From Chloroflexota bacterium (GTDB taxonomy: Bacteria; Chloroflexota; Limnocylindria; QHBO01), in contig JACDBS010000161.1 of the NCBI GenBank assembly GCA_013694795.1, positions 1 to 48,438 of the forward strand: DNA of 48,438 nucleotides. Direction: 5' to 3'. Position 1 is the stretch's first letter; each line of letters opens with the position of its first letter. Shown in pieces: positions 29,047-37,248 of the stretch. A model generated the notes under the pieces. It was not told the origin of the DNA. It ran no database searches and was given only the letters and a program-made list of their open reading frames with translations. The position numbers and the translations under genes were made by a program.

Positions 29047-31401
29047 GTGGCCACGCGACGGAGGACGTCGTCCCGTCGCCGGACCACGCGGCGCCGTCGC
29101 CAGACGACGCCGTTTGTTCTGCGTACTCGCTTCGTGCGCGAGGGACTGGCGCTCGTGCTTGTCTTCCTGGCCATCATCAGTGTGATCGCCCTCTTCTCCG
29201 GCGACGATCCGAGTGCCGGCGCCATCATCGGTCCCTGGCAGGACCTCCTCACCACGCTGCTCGGATGGGGGATCGCTTTCGCGGCGCCTCTCCTGGCGGG
29301 CTTCGCCGTGATGCTGTGGATGAAGACAATGCCCGCTGAGCGCTGGATGGCGGCCACAGGCGCCGCGGTGGTGGCGCTGGCCGTGCTGGGCATGTTTCAC
29401 CTGGCCGTCGGGGGTGGCGCCGATGCGGTCGCCACCGGTGAGGGCGGAGGCGCACTGGGCTTCGCGGTGAGCGGCCTGCTCACCGGAGCCGTTGGCAGCG
29501 CCGGTGCCTGGGTGGTGCTCGTGCTGCTGGCCGTGGTCGGGTTGCTTCTGTACTTCAACATGACCGTCGGCGATCTCGTGGCCGCCTACCTCGCGGGCCG
29601 CGACGAGCGCCACGAGCAGGAGGCCGACGCCGCTCGCCGCGCCGCGAAGCGCGCGACAACGGAAGGGCGCGGCCGCGGCGAGGCGTCCGCCGAAGCGGAT
29701 GGGCGACCGGGCATCATCGATCGCATGCGGGATCGCCTCGCCGGCGGCGGTGACGTCGACGATGAACCGCCGGTCATCCTGCGCCGCGAGCGGCCGGCGC
29801 CTTCCATGAACGGCGCACCGCGGGCAGCGGCACCGACCGCGATCGCGGACATCGCGGGCGACGAGCTCGAGCCTGGCGAGGAAGCGCTCCTGGCCGAGGC
29901 GGGGGAGAGCGCGAAGGCCGATGCGGCACTCGAGACCGTGAACCGCTCCTGGGAGTTGCCGTCGCTCGATCTTCTGGCCGACGCGCCGGAGTCATCCGCG
30001 GCGCAGATGGATCTCAGCGCCAAGGGGCAGCGCATCCGCGAAACGCTGGCCCACTTCGGCATCGGCGTAAAGGTGGCGCGCATCCAGGAGGGCCCGGTGG
30101 TCACCCAGTACGCGCTGGACGTGGCTGACGGGATCAAGCTCAGCCGTATCGAGGGCCTGTCGGACAACCTGGCTCTGGCCTTGGCGGCGCGCAGCATCCG
30201 GATCGAGGCGCCCATCCCCGGCGAGCCGTTCGTCGGCGTTGAGATCCCGAACTCCGCCTTCGACCTCGTGACGCTCAAGGAGGTGCTCGCCAGTCGCAAC
30301 TTCGCCGATGCCTCGGGCAAGTCGAAGCTCGCCTTCGCACTCGGCCAGGACGTGGCCGGCCAGCCATTCAGCGCCGACCTGGCCAAGATGCCGCACCTGC
30401 TCATTGCCGGCGCGACAGGTTCCGGCAAGAGCGTGTGCGTCAATGCGCTCATCGACAGCTTCCTGATGAACGCCACGCCGGCCGAGGTGAAGCTCATCCT
30501 GATCGACCCCAAGCGAGTCGAGCTGGCGCAATACAAGGGCATCCCGCACCTGCTGACCGAGGTGATCGTGGAGCCCGACAAGGCGGTCAACGCACTGAAA
30601 TGGACGGTCGGCACGATGGAGGGCCGATACGCCGAGTTCGCCGCTCGGGGCGTCCGCAACATCGGCGGCTATAACGAGGCGCTGCGGGCGGGCGAGCCGC
30701 GCATGCCGTACATCGTGATCGTCATCGACGAGCTGGCCGACCTGATGATGGTCTCAGCCTACGAGGTGGAGGCCACCGTCACCCGAATCGCGCAACTCGC
30801 GCGAGCAACCGGCATCCACCTGGTCGTGGCCACGCAGCGGCCGAGCGTGCAGGTCATCACCGGCCTCATCAAGGCCAATATTCCGTCGCGCATCGCGTTC
30901 GCCATGACGTCGGGGATCGACTCTCGCACCATCCTCGACGCGAACGGCGCCGAGGACCTGCTTGGACGCGGCGACATGCTCTACCAGCCGATCGACGCGC
31001 CGCGCGCCGTGCGCCTCCAGGGCGTACTTGTCACGGACCCGGAGATCGAGGCTGTCGCGCACCATTGGCGTGCCCAGGGCGGGCCCCAGTACCGGCCCGA
31101 GATCACCGCGCCGAAGCGCGACGGCAAGCCGGGCGGCCGCCCGGGCGAGGGCGACGAGGAAGACGACGCTGATGCGCTCCTGAGCCAGGCGGTCGACATC
31201 GTGCGCCGCTCCGACAAGGCCTCGGCGTCGCTGCTGCAGCGGCGGCTGCGCATTGGGTACGCGCGCGCGGCGCGCATCCTCGACCAGATGGAGGACCGCG
31301 GGATCGTCGGGCCTGCGGACGGCAGCCGCTTCCGCGAGGTGCTCGTCACCAGCGACGGCTGGGGTGGCGATGTGGCGCCGGACGAGGAAGACCCCGCGTG
31401 A
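29047..31401 (+). CDS. ftsK: DNA translocase FtsK/SpoIIIE
   Basis: Arg-rich N-terminus plus four TM helices. Motor domain with AGATGSGKSV and VIVIDELADLMM. C-terminal gamma winged helix (LLQRRLRIGYARAARILDQMEDRGIVGP). Confidence 0.95.
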   Translation: MATRRRTSSRRRTTRRRRQTTPFVLRTRFVREGLALVLVFLAIISVIALFSGDDPSAGAIIGPWQDLLTTLLGWGIAFAAPLLAGFAVMLWMKTMPAERWMAATGAAVVALAVLGMFHLAVGGGADAVATGEGGGALGFAVSGLLTGAVGSAGAWVVLVLLAVVGLLLYFNMTVGDLVAAYLAGRDERHEQEADAARRAAKRATTEGRGRGEASAEADGRPGIIDRMRDRLAGGGDVDDEPPVILRRERPAPSMNGAPRAAAPTAIADIAGDELEPGEEALLAEAGESAKADAALETVNRSWELPSLDLLADAPESSAAQMDLSAKGQRIRETLAHFGIGVKVARIQEGPVVTQYALDVADGIKLSRIEGLSDNLALALAARSIRIEAPIPGEPFVGVEIPNSAFDLVTLKEVLASRNFADASGKSKLAFALGQDVAGQPFSADLAKMPHLLIAGATGSGKSVCVNALIDSFLMNATPAEVKLILIDPKRVELAQYKGIPHLLTEVIVEPDKAVNALKWTVGTMEGRYAEFAARGVRNIGGYNEALRAGEPRMPYIVIVIDELADLMMVSAYEVEATVTRIAQLARATGIHLVVATQRPSVQVITGLIKANIPSRIAFAMTSGIDSRTILDANGAEDLLGRGDMLYQPIDAPRAVRLQGVLVTDPEIEAVAHHWRAQGGPQYRPEITAPKRDGKPGGRPGEGDEEDDADALLSQAVDIVRRSDKASASLLQRRLRIGYARAARILDQMEDRGIVGPADGSRFREVLVTSDGWGGDVAPDEEDPA

Positions 31402-32687
31402 CCGAGCAGGTGCACAAGCTCGGGGAGGTGCTCCGCGCCGCCCGCGAGGCAAAGAGCGTGGACCTGGCGCGCGTAGAGCGCGATACGAAAATCCGGGAGC
31501 GATATCTGAGCGCCCTCGAGCGCGGCGAGTACCGCGAGCTCCCGGGATCGGTCTACACCAAGGGCTTCCTGCGCAACTACGGCTCGTACCTCGGGCTCGA
31601 CCCCGAGTACCTGATCGACCTGTACCGGCTCGAAACGTCGGTGACCACGGAGCGGCCTCGCATGCCGGCACCTCCGCGGCCCCTCGGCACGCGCGGCTCG
31701 CGTACCTTCGTCATCACGCCTGGACTGGTATTCGCCGCGCTCTTGACGGTCGGCGTCGGTGCCTTCATCGCCTACATCGGCTATGAGCTCGCCAACTTTG
31801 CCCGCCAGCCGGAGCTGCGCATCATCGATCCGGCGACCAACGTCAGCGGATACACCGGGTCCAGCATCACGCTGAGTGGCGTCACCTCCCCGAATGCCAG
31901 CGTGACCGTGAGCAACCTGACCCAGAATCCGACCGTGACGGCCGACGCGGCGGGCAACTTTGATGTCACCGTTGACCTCCTCCCAGGGTCGAACGTGATC
32001 GAGCTGACGGCCCGCGATCCGGTCACGAATCGCGATTCGGAGACCGAGCGGCGCACCGTGGTGGTCGTCAACGAGCTTGCTGCCAGCCCGTCTCCGGCTG
32101 AGGGGGTCGTGACCCTTGAGCAGCCGGCCGCCGATGCCACCCTGACCGCCCCGCTACCGATCGTGGGCACGGCCGCCCCATCGACCGCGCTTCAGACAAC
32201 CGCGACGCTGGTGACGGCCGCGCTGCCGAGCTTCGCCGTCGCCGACGCCGCCGGGGGAGCGGTCCCGATTCAGCCGGAGCCACCCGCCGCGCCCGCGGCG
32301 CTGGCCCTCTCCACAGATGTCGCCGGCGCCTTCAGCGGCAGCCTCAGCCTGCCAGCCGGCACGTGGGAAGTGACCGTGACGCCGACCGGCGGCGAGCCAA
32401 TCACGCGGCGCGTGACGATCCAGCCCGGAGCCGGGCTGACGGGCACGCTCGAGATCGTGGGCGGCGAGTCGTACGTGGAGGTGGAGCAGGACGGAACGCC
32501 GGTCGCGGAAGTGTCCGGCAGCATTGCCGTTGATGGCGACACCATTGCGCTCTCCGCCATCGGCGAAGTGCGCATTCGGGCAGGCAACGCCGGCGCGGTG
32601 CGCCTGACGCTCAACGGGATCACCATCGGCGCCATGGGGCCCGACGACGCGGTGGTCGAATGGCGCATCACGCGTTCAGGAGGATAG
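31398..32687 (+). CDS. RodZ-like HTH membrane protein (HTH + TM + Ig-like + DUF4115-like C-terminus)
   Basis: GTG overlaps the ftsK stop (GTGA). LGEVLRAAREAKSVDLARVERDTKIRERYLSALERGEY..PGSVYTKGFLRNY. One TM helix. Thr/Val-rich Ig-like repeats. C-terminal beta domain. Confidence 0.8.
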   Translation: MTEQVHKLGEVLRAAREAKSVDLARVERDTKIRERYLSALERGEYRELPGSVYTKGFLRNYGSYLGLDPEYLIDLYRLETSVTTERPRMPAPPRPLGTRGSRTFVITPGLVFAALLTVGVGAFIAYIGYELANFARQPELRIIDPATNVSGYTGSSITLSGVTSPNASVTVSNLTQNPTVTADAAGNFDVTVDLLPGSNVIELTARDPVTNRDSETERRTVVVVNELAASPSPAEGVVTLEQPAADATLTAPLPIVGTAAPSTALQTTATLVTAALPSFAVADAAGGAVPIQPEPPAAPAALALSTDVAGAFSGSLSLPAGTWEVTVTPTGGEPITRRVTIQPGAGLTGTLEIVGGESYVEVEQDGTPVAEVSGSIAVDGDTIALSAIGEVRIRAGNAGAVRLTLNGITIGAMGPDDAVVEWRITRSGG

Positions 32688-32693
32688 AGACGT

Positions 32694-33185
32694 ATGGCAT
32701 CGGACTCATCGTTCGACGTGGTCAGCGACTTCGACCAGCAGGAGCTGGTAAACGCGCTCGATCAGGCGCGGCGCGAGATCGCGACGCGTTACGACTTCAA
32801 GGGCAGCAAGGTCGCCTACGAGCTGGGCAAGGACGCGATCACCCTGACCGCCGATGACGAGTATCGGGCCGGCGCCGCCAAGGACCTGCTCGAGACGAAG
32901 GCGGTCCGCCGCGGGCTCTCTCTGAAGATCTTCGACTGGGGCAAGATCGAGCCTGCCGGCGGGGGCACGGTTCGCCAGCAGATCAAGCTGACGCGCGGCC
33001 TGACCAGCGAGCAGGCCAAAGAGCTGTCGAAGCGGATCCGCGAGGCCTTCCCCAAGACCAGGCCGAGCATCCAGGGCGACGCGGTGCGTGTTTCGGCCAA
33101 GTCGAAAGACGACCTCCAGGCGATCATCGCCGACCTCAAGGCGCTCGACTATCCGGTCGCCCTCCAGTTCACCAACTACCGATGA
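32694..33185 (+). CDS. yajQ: YajQ family (UPF0234) nucleotide-binding protein
   Basis: [34 protein letters not shown]...ALQFTNYR. 163 aa. AGGAGG lies upstream. Confidence 0.9.
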   Translation: MASDSSFDVVSDFDQQELVNALDQARREIATRYDFKGSKVAYELGKDAITLTADDEYRAGAAKDLLETKAVRRGLSLKIFDWGKIEPAGGGTVRQQIKLTRGLTSEQAKELSKRIREAFPKTRPSIQGDAVRVSAKSKDDLQAIIADLKALDYPVALQFTNYR

Positions 33186-33200
33186 GCGGACCGCCCCAGG

Positions 33201-33395
33201 CCGATGAGGCCCATCTCCCATCAGATGAGGCTTGCCGCAGCGCGGTACAGACCGATGCGGTCTATCTCTCCTCAGATGAGAACTAGACGGCGAAATGCCC
33301 GCGAAACGGCCATTTCTCCCACCTCACGAGAAATACCGCCTGACGGGACCGCCTTGCGCGGTCGTGCGCGTCGGAAGACTCATCTCGCGAGAGAT
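33201..33395. repeat. Array of degenerate hairpin-forming repeats in the yajQ-pncC gap
   Basis: 33201-33231 and 33252-33282 are 24/31 identical by hand alignment. Further hairpins: ATTTCTC-N9-GAGAAAT (33312-33334) and ATCTC-gcga-GAGAT (33382-33395). Confidence 0.6.
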
Positions 33396-33413
33396 AGTCA
33401 CGATGGTCGCGAC

Positions 33414-33929
33414 GTGAGCCAGGACCCGCCGCCGACTGAGGAGGAGCTCGACGCGGCTGCCCGAAGGCTCGGACGGGTCCTCGTGAAGCGGGGCTGGCAG
33501 ATGGCGAGCGCCGAATCGTGCACCGGTGGGTTGGTCGGCCACGTGATCACGCAGGTGCCGAAGTCGAGCGACCACTACCTTGGTGGCGTCGTGAGCTACT
33601 CGAACGCGGCCAAGGAGGAGCTCCTCGACGTTCGCAGTGAGCTGTTGGAGCGAGTCGGCGCGGTGTCGGCCGAGGTGGCCGAAGCAATGACCGATGGCGC
33701 CCTCAGCTGCTTCCCGGTCGCGCGTCTGGCGGTCTCGGTCACCGGGGTCGCCGGCCCGGACGGTGGTTCGCCGGACAAACCAGTCGGGCTTACCTACGTG
33801 GCTGCCGCAATCCGCGGCGGCCCGGCGGTCGTCGAGCGCCACACCTGGTCATACGACCGCGCCGGCAACAAGCGCGCCTCGGCTCTGGCGGTTCTGGAGC
33901 TGGCGACGCGCGTGGCCGGCGGGGAGTAG
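33414..33929 (+). CDS. pncC: Nicotinamide-nucleotide amidohydrolase PncC (CinA C-terminal domain only)
   Basis: MASAESCTGGLVGHVIT, VVSYSNAAKEELLDV, AVSVTGVAGPDGG. Start placed at GTG 33414. The track start 33204 adds 70 Arg-rich residues encoded by AGG/AGA/ATA codons across the repeat array. Confidence 0.85.
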   Translation: MSQDPPPTEEELDAAARRLGRVLVKRGWQMASAESCTGGLVGHVITQVPKSSDHYLGGVVSYSNAAKEELLDVRSELLERVGAVSAEVAEAMTDGALSCFPVARLAVSVTGVAGPDGGSPDKPVGLTYVAAAIRGGPAVVERHTWSYDRAGNKRASALAVLELATRVAGGE

Positions 33930-33940
33930 GGGAGTAGGGA

Positions 33941-35353
33941 GTGGTCGAGCACGGTGAGCGCATCCACGTCATCGGTATCGCGGGATCGGGAGCAGCGGGC
34001 ACGGCGCTCCTACTCCAGCAGGCTGGCGCGGTGGTGGACGGCTGCGATATTGACGCGCCATCGCCGTACACGCCGCAGCTCGACGCGGCCGGCATCCGCT
34101 ACATCATCGGCCATGACACCGCGCACATCGATGGCGTCGACCGGGTGGCCATCACGCCCGCCCTTCGCGCGCTGCCGCACCACGAGGAGCTCGAGGCCGC
34201 CGAGGCTCGCGGCATCCCGACGCTCACCTGGCAGGCGCTGCTCGGCGAGCTTCAGGGGGCTCCGGGGCGCATCGGCCTGGGCGTGACGGGCACGCACGGC
34301 AAGTCGACCACGACCGCCCTGCTCGGGCACCTGCTCGTGGCCGCCGGGCTGGATCCGACCGTGGAGGTCGGAGCCTTCATCGGTGCCTGGGGCGCATCGG
34401 TCAGGCCGGGGCAGGGCGCTCCGTTCGTGGTGGAGGCCGATGAGTTCGGCGACAACTTCCTGAATTACCACCCGGCCGGGGCCATCATCACCAACGTGGA
34501 GATGGACCATCCCGACTACTTCGCCGATACGGCCGCGGTCATGGACTCGTTTGAGCGTTTCGTGCGCGGCATGGGCACCCATCCCGCCCTCAGCGGGCGG
34601 TTCATGGTGATCGCCGCCAATGATGCGGGGGCCAACGAGCTGGTCGCACGGCTGCGCGGTTGGGAAGGCCGCATCCTGCGCTATGGGCCGGGCGGGGAGG
34701 TCGAGGCCACGCAGGTGGCGTTCGGACGCGAAGGCACCGGCTTCACACTCTTCGATCATCGCTTCGAGATGTCGCTGGCGGGCGAGCACAACGTCCTCAA
34801 CGCGACGGCGGCGCTGATCATGGCCCGCACGCTCGGTGCCGACATGGACGCCTTGGCCGAGGGGCTCGGAACCTTCGCCGGAGCCGGGCGCCGCATGGAG
34901 CTGATCGCCGATACTGCGGCGGTGACGATCTACGACGATTACGGCCATCATCCCACCGAGGTCCGCGCCGCTCTGGCCGCCGCGCGCCAGAATGTCGGTC
35001 CTGACCGTCGACTTTGGGCCGTTTTCGAGCCGCACATGTACTCGCGCACGGCGCTGCTGATGGACGAGTTCTCGACTGCCTTCACCGATGCCGACGAGGT
35101 CGTCATCGCCGACATATTCGCCAGCCGTGATACGCCGGAGGCCATGGCCTCCACCGGCGCCGAGACGTTAGCCGATGCGATCGAGCGCGCCTCTGGCATC
35201 CCGACCATCGCGACCGGCGACGTTGACGCCACCATGGAGTACGTGGCCGATCACCTGGGGGCCGGCGACGCGGTGCTGGTCATGGGCGCCGGCAAGTCGT
35301 ATCGCATTGCGCGGGGGCTGGCGGAGCGGCTGGCGACGGAGCCGCGGTCGTGA
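33941..35353 (+). CDS. murC: UDP-N-acetylmuramate--L-alanine ligase
   Basis: IHVIGIAGSGAAG, GVTGTHGKSTTTALL, EADEFGDNF, NVEMDHPDYF, DDYGHHPTE. GTG start, with GGGGAG 6 nt upstream. Confidence 0.92.
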   Translation: MVEHGERIHVIGIAGSGAAGTALLLQQAGAVVDGCDIDAPSPYTPQLDAAGIRYIIGHDTAHIDGVDRVAITPALRALPHHEELEAAEARGIPTLTWQALLGELQGAPGRIGLGVTGTHGKSTTTALLGHLLVAAGLDPTVEVGAFIGAWGASVRPGQGAPFVVEADEFGDNFLNYHPAGAIITNVEMDHPDYFADTAAVMDSFERFVRGMGTHPALSGRFMVIAANDAGANELVARLRGWEGRILRYGPGGEVEATQVAFGREGTGFTLFDHRFEMSLAGEHNVLNATAALIMARTLGADMDALAEGLGTFAGAGRRMELIADTAAVTIYDDYGHHPTEVRAALAAARQNVGPDRRLWAVFEPHMYSRTALLMDEFSTAFTDADEVVIADIFASRDTPEAMASTGAETLADAIERASGIPTIATGDVDATMEYVADHLGAGDAVLVMGAGKSYRIARGLAERLATEPRS

Positions 35354-35727
35354 TCGGTGCCCGTTCGGCCTTCCTGGGCGCTCTGCTCGCCCTGGCCGTC
35401 GCGATCGCCTACCAGGGCGTCGTGCGCCTTGTGGAGGCATCCGGCGCCCGCGATCAGCCCGCCCTCATCCTGATCCTGCTGCTCGCCGCCTTCCTGGGCG
35501 TCCTAACCGCCGTGATGACACGCATGCTGCGCCTGCCCGGCGCCACTGCTCCCACCGTGCTGGTCCTGGGCTGGACCTTGGTCCCGGTCATCCTGGCGGC
35601 GATCCCCAGCGCGGCCACGCAGCTTTTCGGCGGAGACGGAGCCCTGTCGGCGGGCCAGGCCCTGGCCCTCGCGACCGCGACCGTGGCCGCCGCGGTGACG
35701 CTCGGGGTCCCAGCAGAACGCAGGTAG
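35350..35727 (+). CDS. Hypothetical membrane protein (about 4 hydrophobic helices)
   Basis: GTG overlaps the murC stop (GTGA). Ala/Leu-rich hydrophobic segments. No recognisable motif. Confidence 0.55.
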   Translation: MIGARSAFLGALLALAVAIAYQGVVRLVEASGARDQPALILILLLAAFLGVLTAVMTRMLRLPGATAPTVLVLGWTLVPVILAAIPSAATQLFGGDGALSAGQALALATATVAAAVTLGVPAERR

Positions 35728-35755
35728 TTGCATCCGCAACCATTCGTGGTATGCT
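35728..35755 (+). promoter_or_regulatory. Candidate promoter giving a leaderless pirin mRNA (TTGCAT-N16-TGgTATGCT)
   Basis: TTGCAT at 35728-35733 and TATGCT at 35750-35755, with TG at 35747-35748. Only 6 nt (ggcgac) separate the -10 from ATG 35762, and there is no RBS. Confidence 0.45.
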
Positions 35756-35761
35756 GGCGAC

Positions 35762-36763
35762 ATGCCCGCCATCACCGTCGACGACATCACCGTTCTGCCC
35801 CGGATCGCGGCTCTCGATCCCGCCACAGCGCGCGAGCGCCCGGTGGCCAGCATCACCAATGCGCCGAGCGGCTTCGAGGGTGAGGGATTCCCGGTGCGCC
35901 GGGCCTTCCATGGGGTGGACCTGGGGATGCTCGATCCGTTCATCCACCTCGACCAGATGGGGGAGGTGGAGTACGCGCCGGGCGAGCCGAAGGGCACGCC
36001 CTGGCATCCGCACCGTGGCTTCGAGACGGTCACCTACATCATGGACGGCACCTTCGAGCACAGCGACTCGAACGGGGGTGGGGGAGTCATCACCAACGGT
36101 GACACGCAGTGGATGACCGCGGGCGCCGGCATCCTGCATATCGAGAAGCCGCCGGAATCGCTCCTCGTCAGCGGCGGCCTGTTCCACGGCATCCAGCTGT
36201 GGGTGAACCTGCCGAAGGCGCAGAAGTGGTCGCCGCCGCGCTACCAGGACATCCGCGCCGGCGAGGTCGGCCTGCTGGCATCCGCCGATGGGGGAGCCCT
36301 CGTGCGGGTCATCGCCGGCGAGCTGGCCGGCCATACCGGTCCGGGCTCCACGTACACGCCGATGACCCTGGTGCACGCCACGCTCAGCCCTGGGGCAGAG
36401 CTGGCGATGCCGTGGCGGGCCGACTGCAACGCCCTCGTATACGTCCTTGCCGGGCACGGCACCGTCGGGGCTGAGCGCCTGCCGGTGCAGACCGGACAGC
36501 TTGCCGTGCTGGGTCCCGGAAACGTGCTGCGAGCGGCTGCGAGGCCCCACCAGGAGAGCCGCAGCCCGAACCTGAACATCCTGGTCCTCGGCGGCCGGCC
36601 GATCCGCGAGCCTGTCGCCTGGGCTGGCCCCTTTGTCATGAACACCCGGGACGAGGTGATCCAGGCGTTCGAGGACTACCAGGCCGGCCGACTGGGATCG
36701 ATTCCTGCCGTCCACGGCGCACCGAGCACCCTGACCGTATCCTTGCCGACTGACGCCACCTGA
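35762..36763 (+). CDS. Pirin family protein (bicupin)
   Basis: GFPVRRAF, FIHLDQM, PWHPHRGFETVTYIMDGTFEHSDS, WMTAGAGILHIE. Second cupin half present. Confidence 0.92.
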   Translation: MPAITVDDITVLPRIAALDPATARERPVASITNAPSGFEGEGFPVRRAFHGVDLGMLDPFIHLDQMGEVEYAPGEPKGTPWHPHRGFETVTYIMDGTFEHSDSNGGGGVITNGDTQWMTAGAGILHIEKPPESLLVSGGLFHGIQLWVNLPKAQKWSPPRYQDIRAGEVGLLASADGGALVRVIAGELAGHTGPGSTYTPMTLVHATLSPGAELAMPWRADCNALVYVLAGHGTVGAERLPVQTGQLAVLGPGNVLRAAARPHQESRSPNLNILVLGGRPIREPVAWAGPFVMNTRDEVIQAFEDYQAGRLGSIPAVHGAPSTLTVSLPTDAT

Positions 36764-36795
36764 AGCCGACGTCTAGCTCGCCTCGGTCGTCGGCT
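36764..36795 (+). terminator. Hairpin directly after the pirin stop
   Basis: AGCCGACG (36764-36771) pairs with CGTCGGCT (36788-36795), with a 16-nt loop. No U tract follows. Confidence 0.3.
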
Positions 36796-37002
36796 CGAGC
36801 GCATGGGCGCGCCGTCCGCGATAGCCCCAGTCCGCTGGCTGACCTCCCATGTGTAACATAACATGCATTTGCGGAAGTGCCCGTGCTGGCGCGACTGAGT
36901 AGACGGCGGACATCGGCTCGCCTGAGCCTGCCGCCAAGGTCACATGCCCGTTGCACCGATGGTCCTATGCGATCCACGGGCGCGCGAGCGTAGCCTGCAG
37001 GC

Positions 37003-37248
37003 ATGCGACAGTCCTTGTGGTCCTTGGCGATTGGCGGACTAGGCCTCGGGAGCCTCGGCATGGTTGGTGGCACGGCAATCGGCGGCGAGCTCGGACCGCT
37101 GGCCATCGGCTACGGCCTGCTGGTCGCGCTGAGCGGCCTGTACCTGGTTGCGGGCCTTGCTATTCGCGAGCGCGTCTGGACACGCCTGGCCCGACCGATG
37201 CCGACCACCACGCAGCCCGATCGACTGGCGGGACGGCGCGTCTTCTAG
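37003..37248 (+). CDS. Small hypothetical membrane protein (2 Gly/Leu-rich helices)
   Basis: 81-aa ORF with high GC3 and two hydrophobic stretches. Its end overlaps the convergent SpoU-fusion gene stop. No homology recognised. Confidence 0.45.
   Translation: MRQSLWSLAIGGLGLGSLGMVGGTAIGGELGPLAIGYGLLVALSGLYLVAGLAIRERVWTRLARPMPTTTQPDRLAGRRVF

Noticed and set aside
33201-33395. Possible CRISPR array
   Set aside because: There are only two clearly related copies plus two degenerate hairpins. The repeats are imperfect, spacing is irregular, and there are no cas genes in the window.
33204-33413. 70-aa N-terminal extension of pncC from ATG 33204
   Set aside because: It is encoded by the repeat/hairpin array, is rich in AGG/AGA/ATA codons unusual for this genome, and has no counterpart in CinA/PncC proteins. 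GTG 33414 gives a normal-length PncC domain.
35175-36116. 313-aa plus-strand ORF spanning the murC end, the membrane ORF and the pirin start
   Set aside because: It is out of frame with three better-supported genes and has Arg/Pro/Gly-rich composition with no motif.
36676-36864. 62-aa minus-strand ORF starting in the AT-rich patch downstream of pirin
   Set aside because: It overlaps the pirin 3' end in antisense, has no RBS at proper spacing, and is Arg-rich low complexity.
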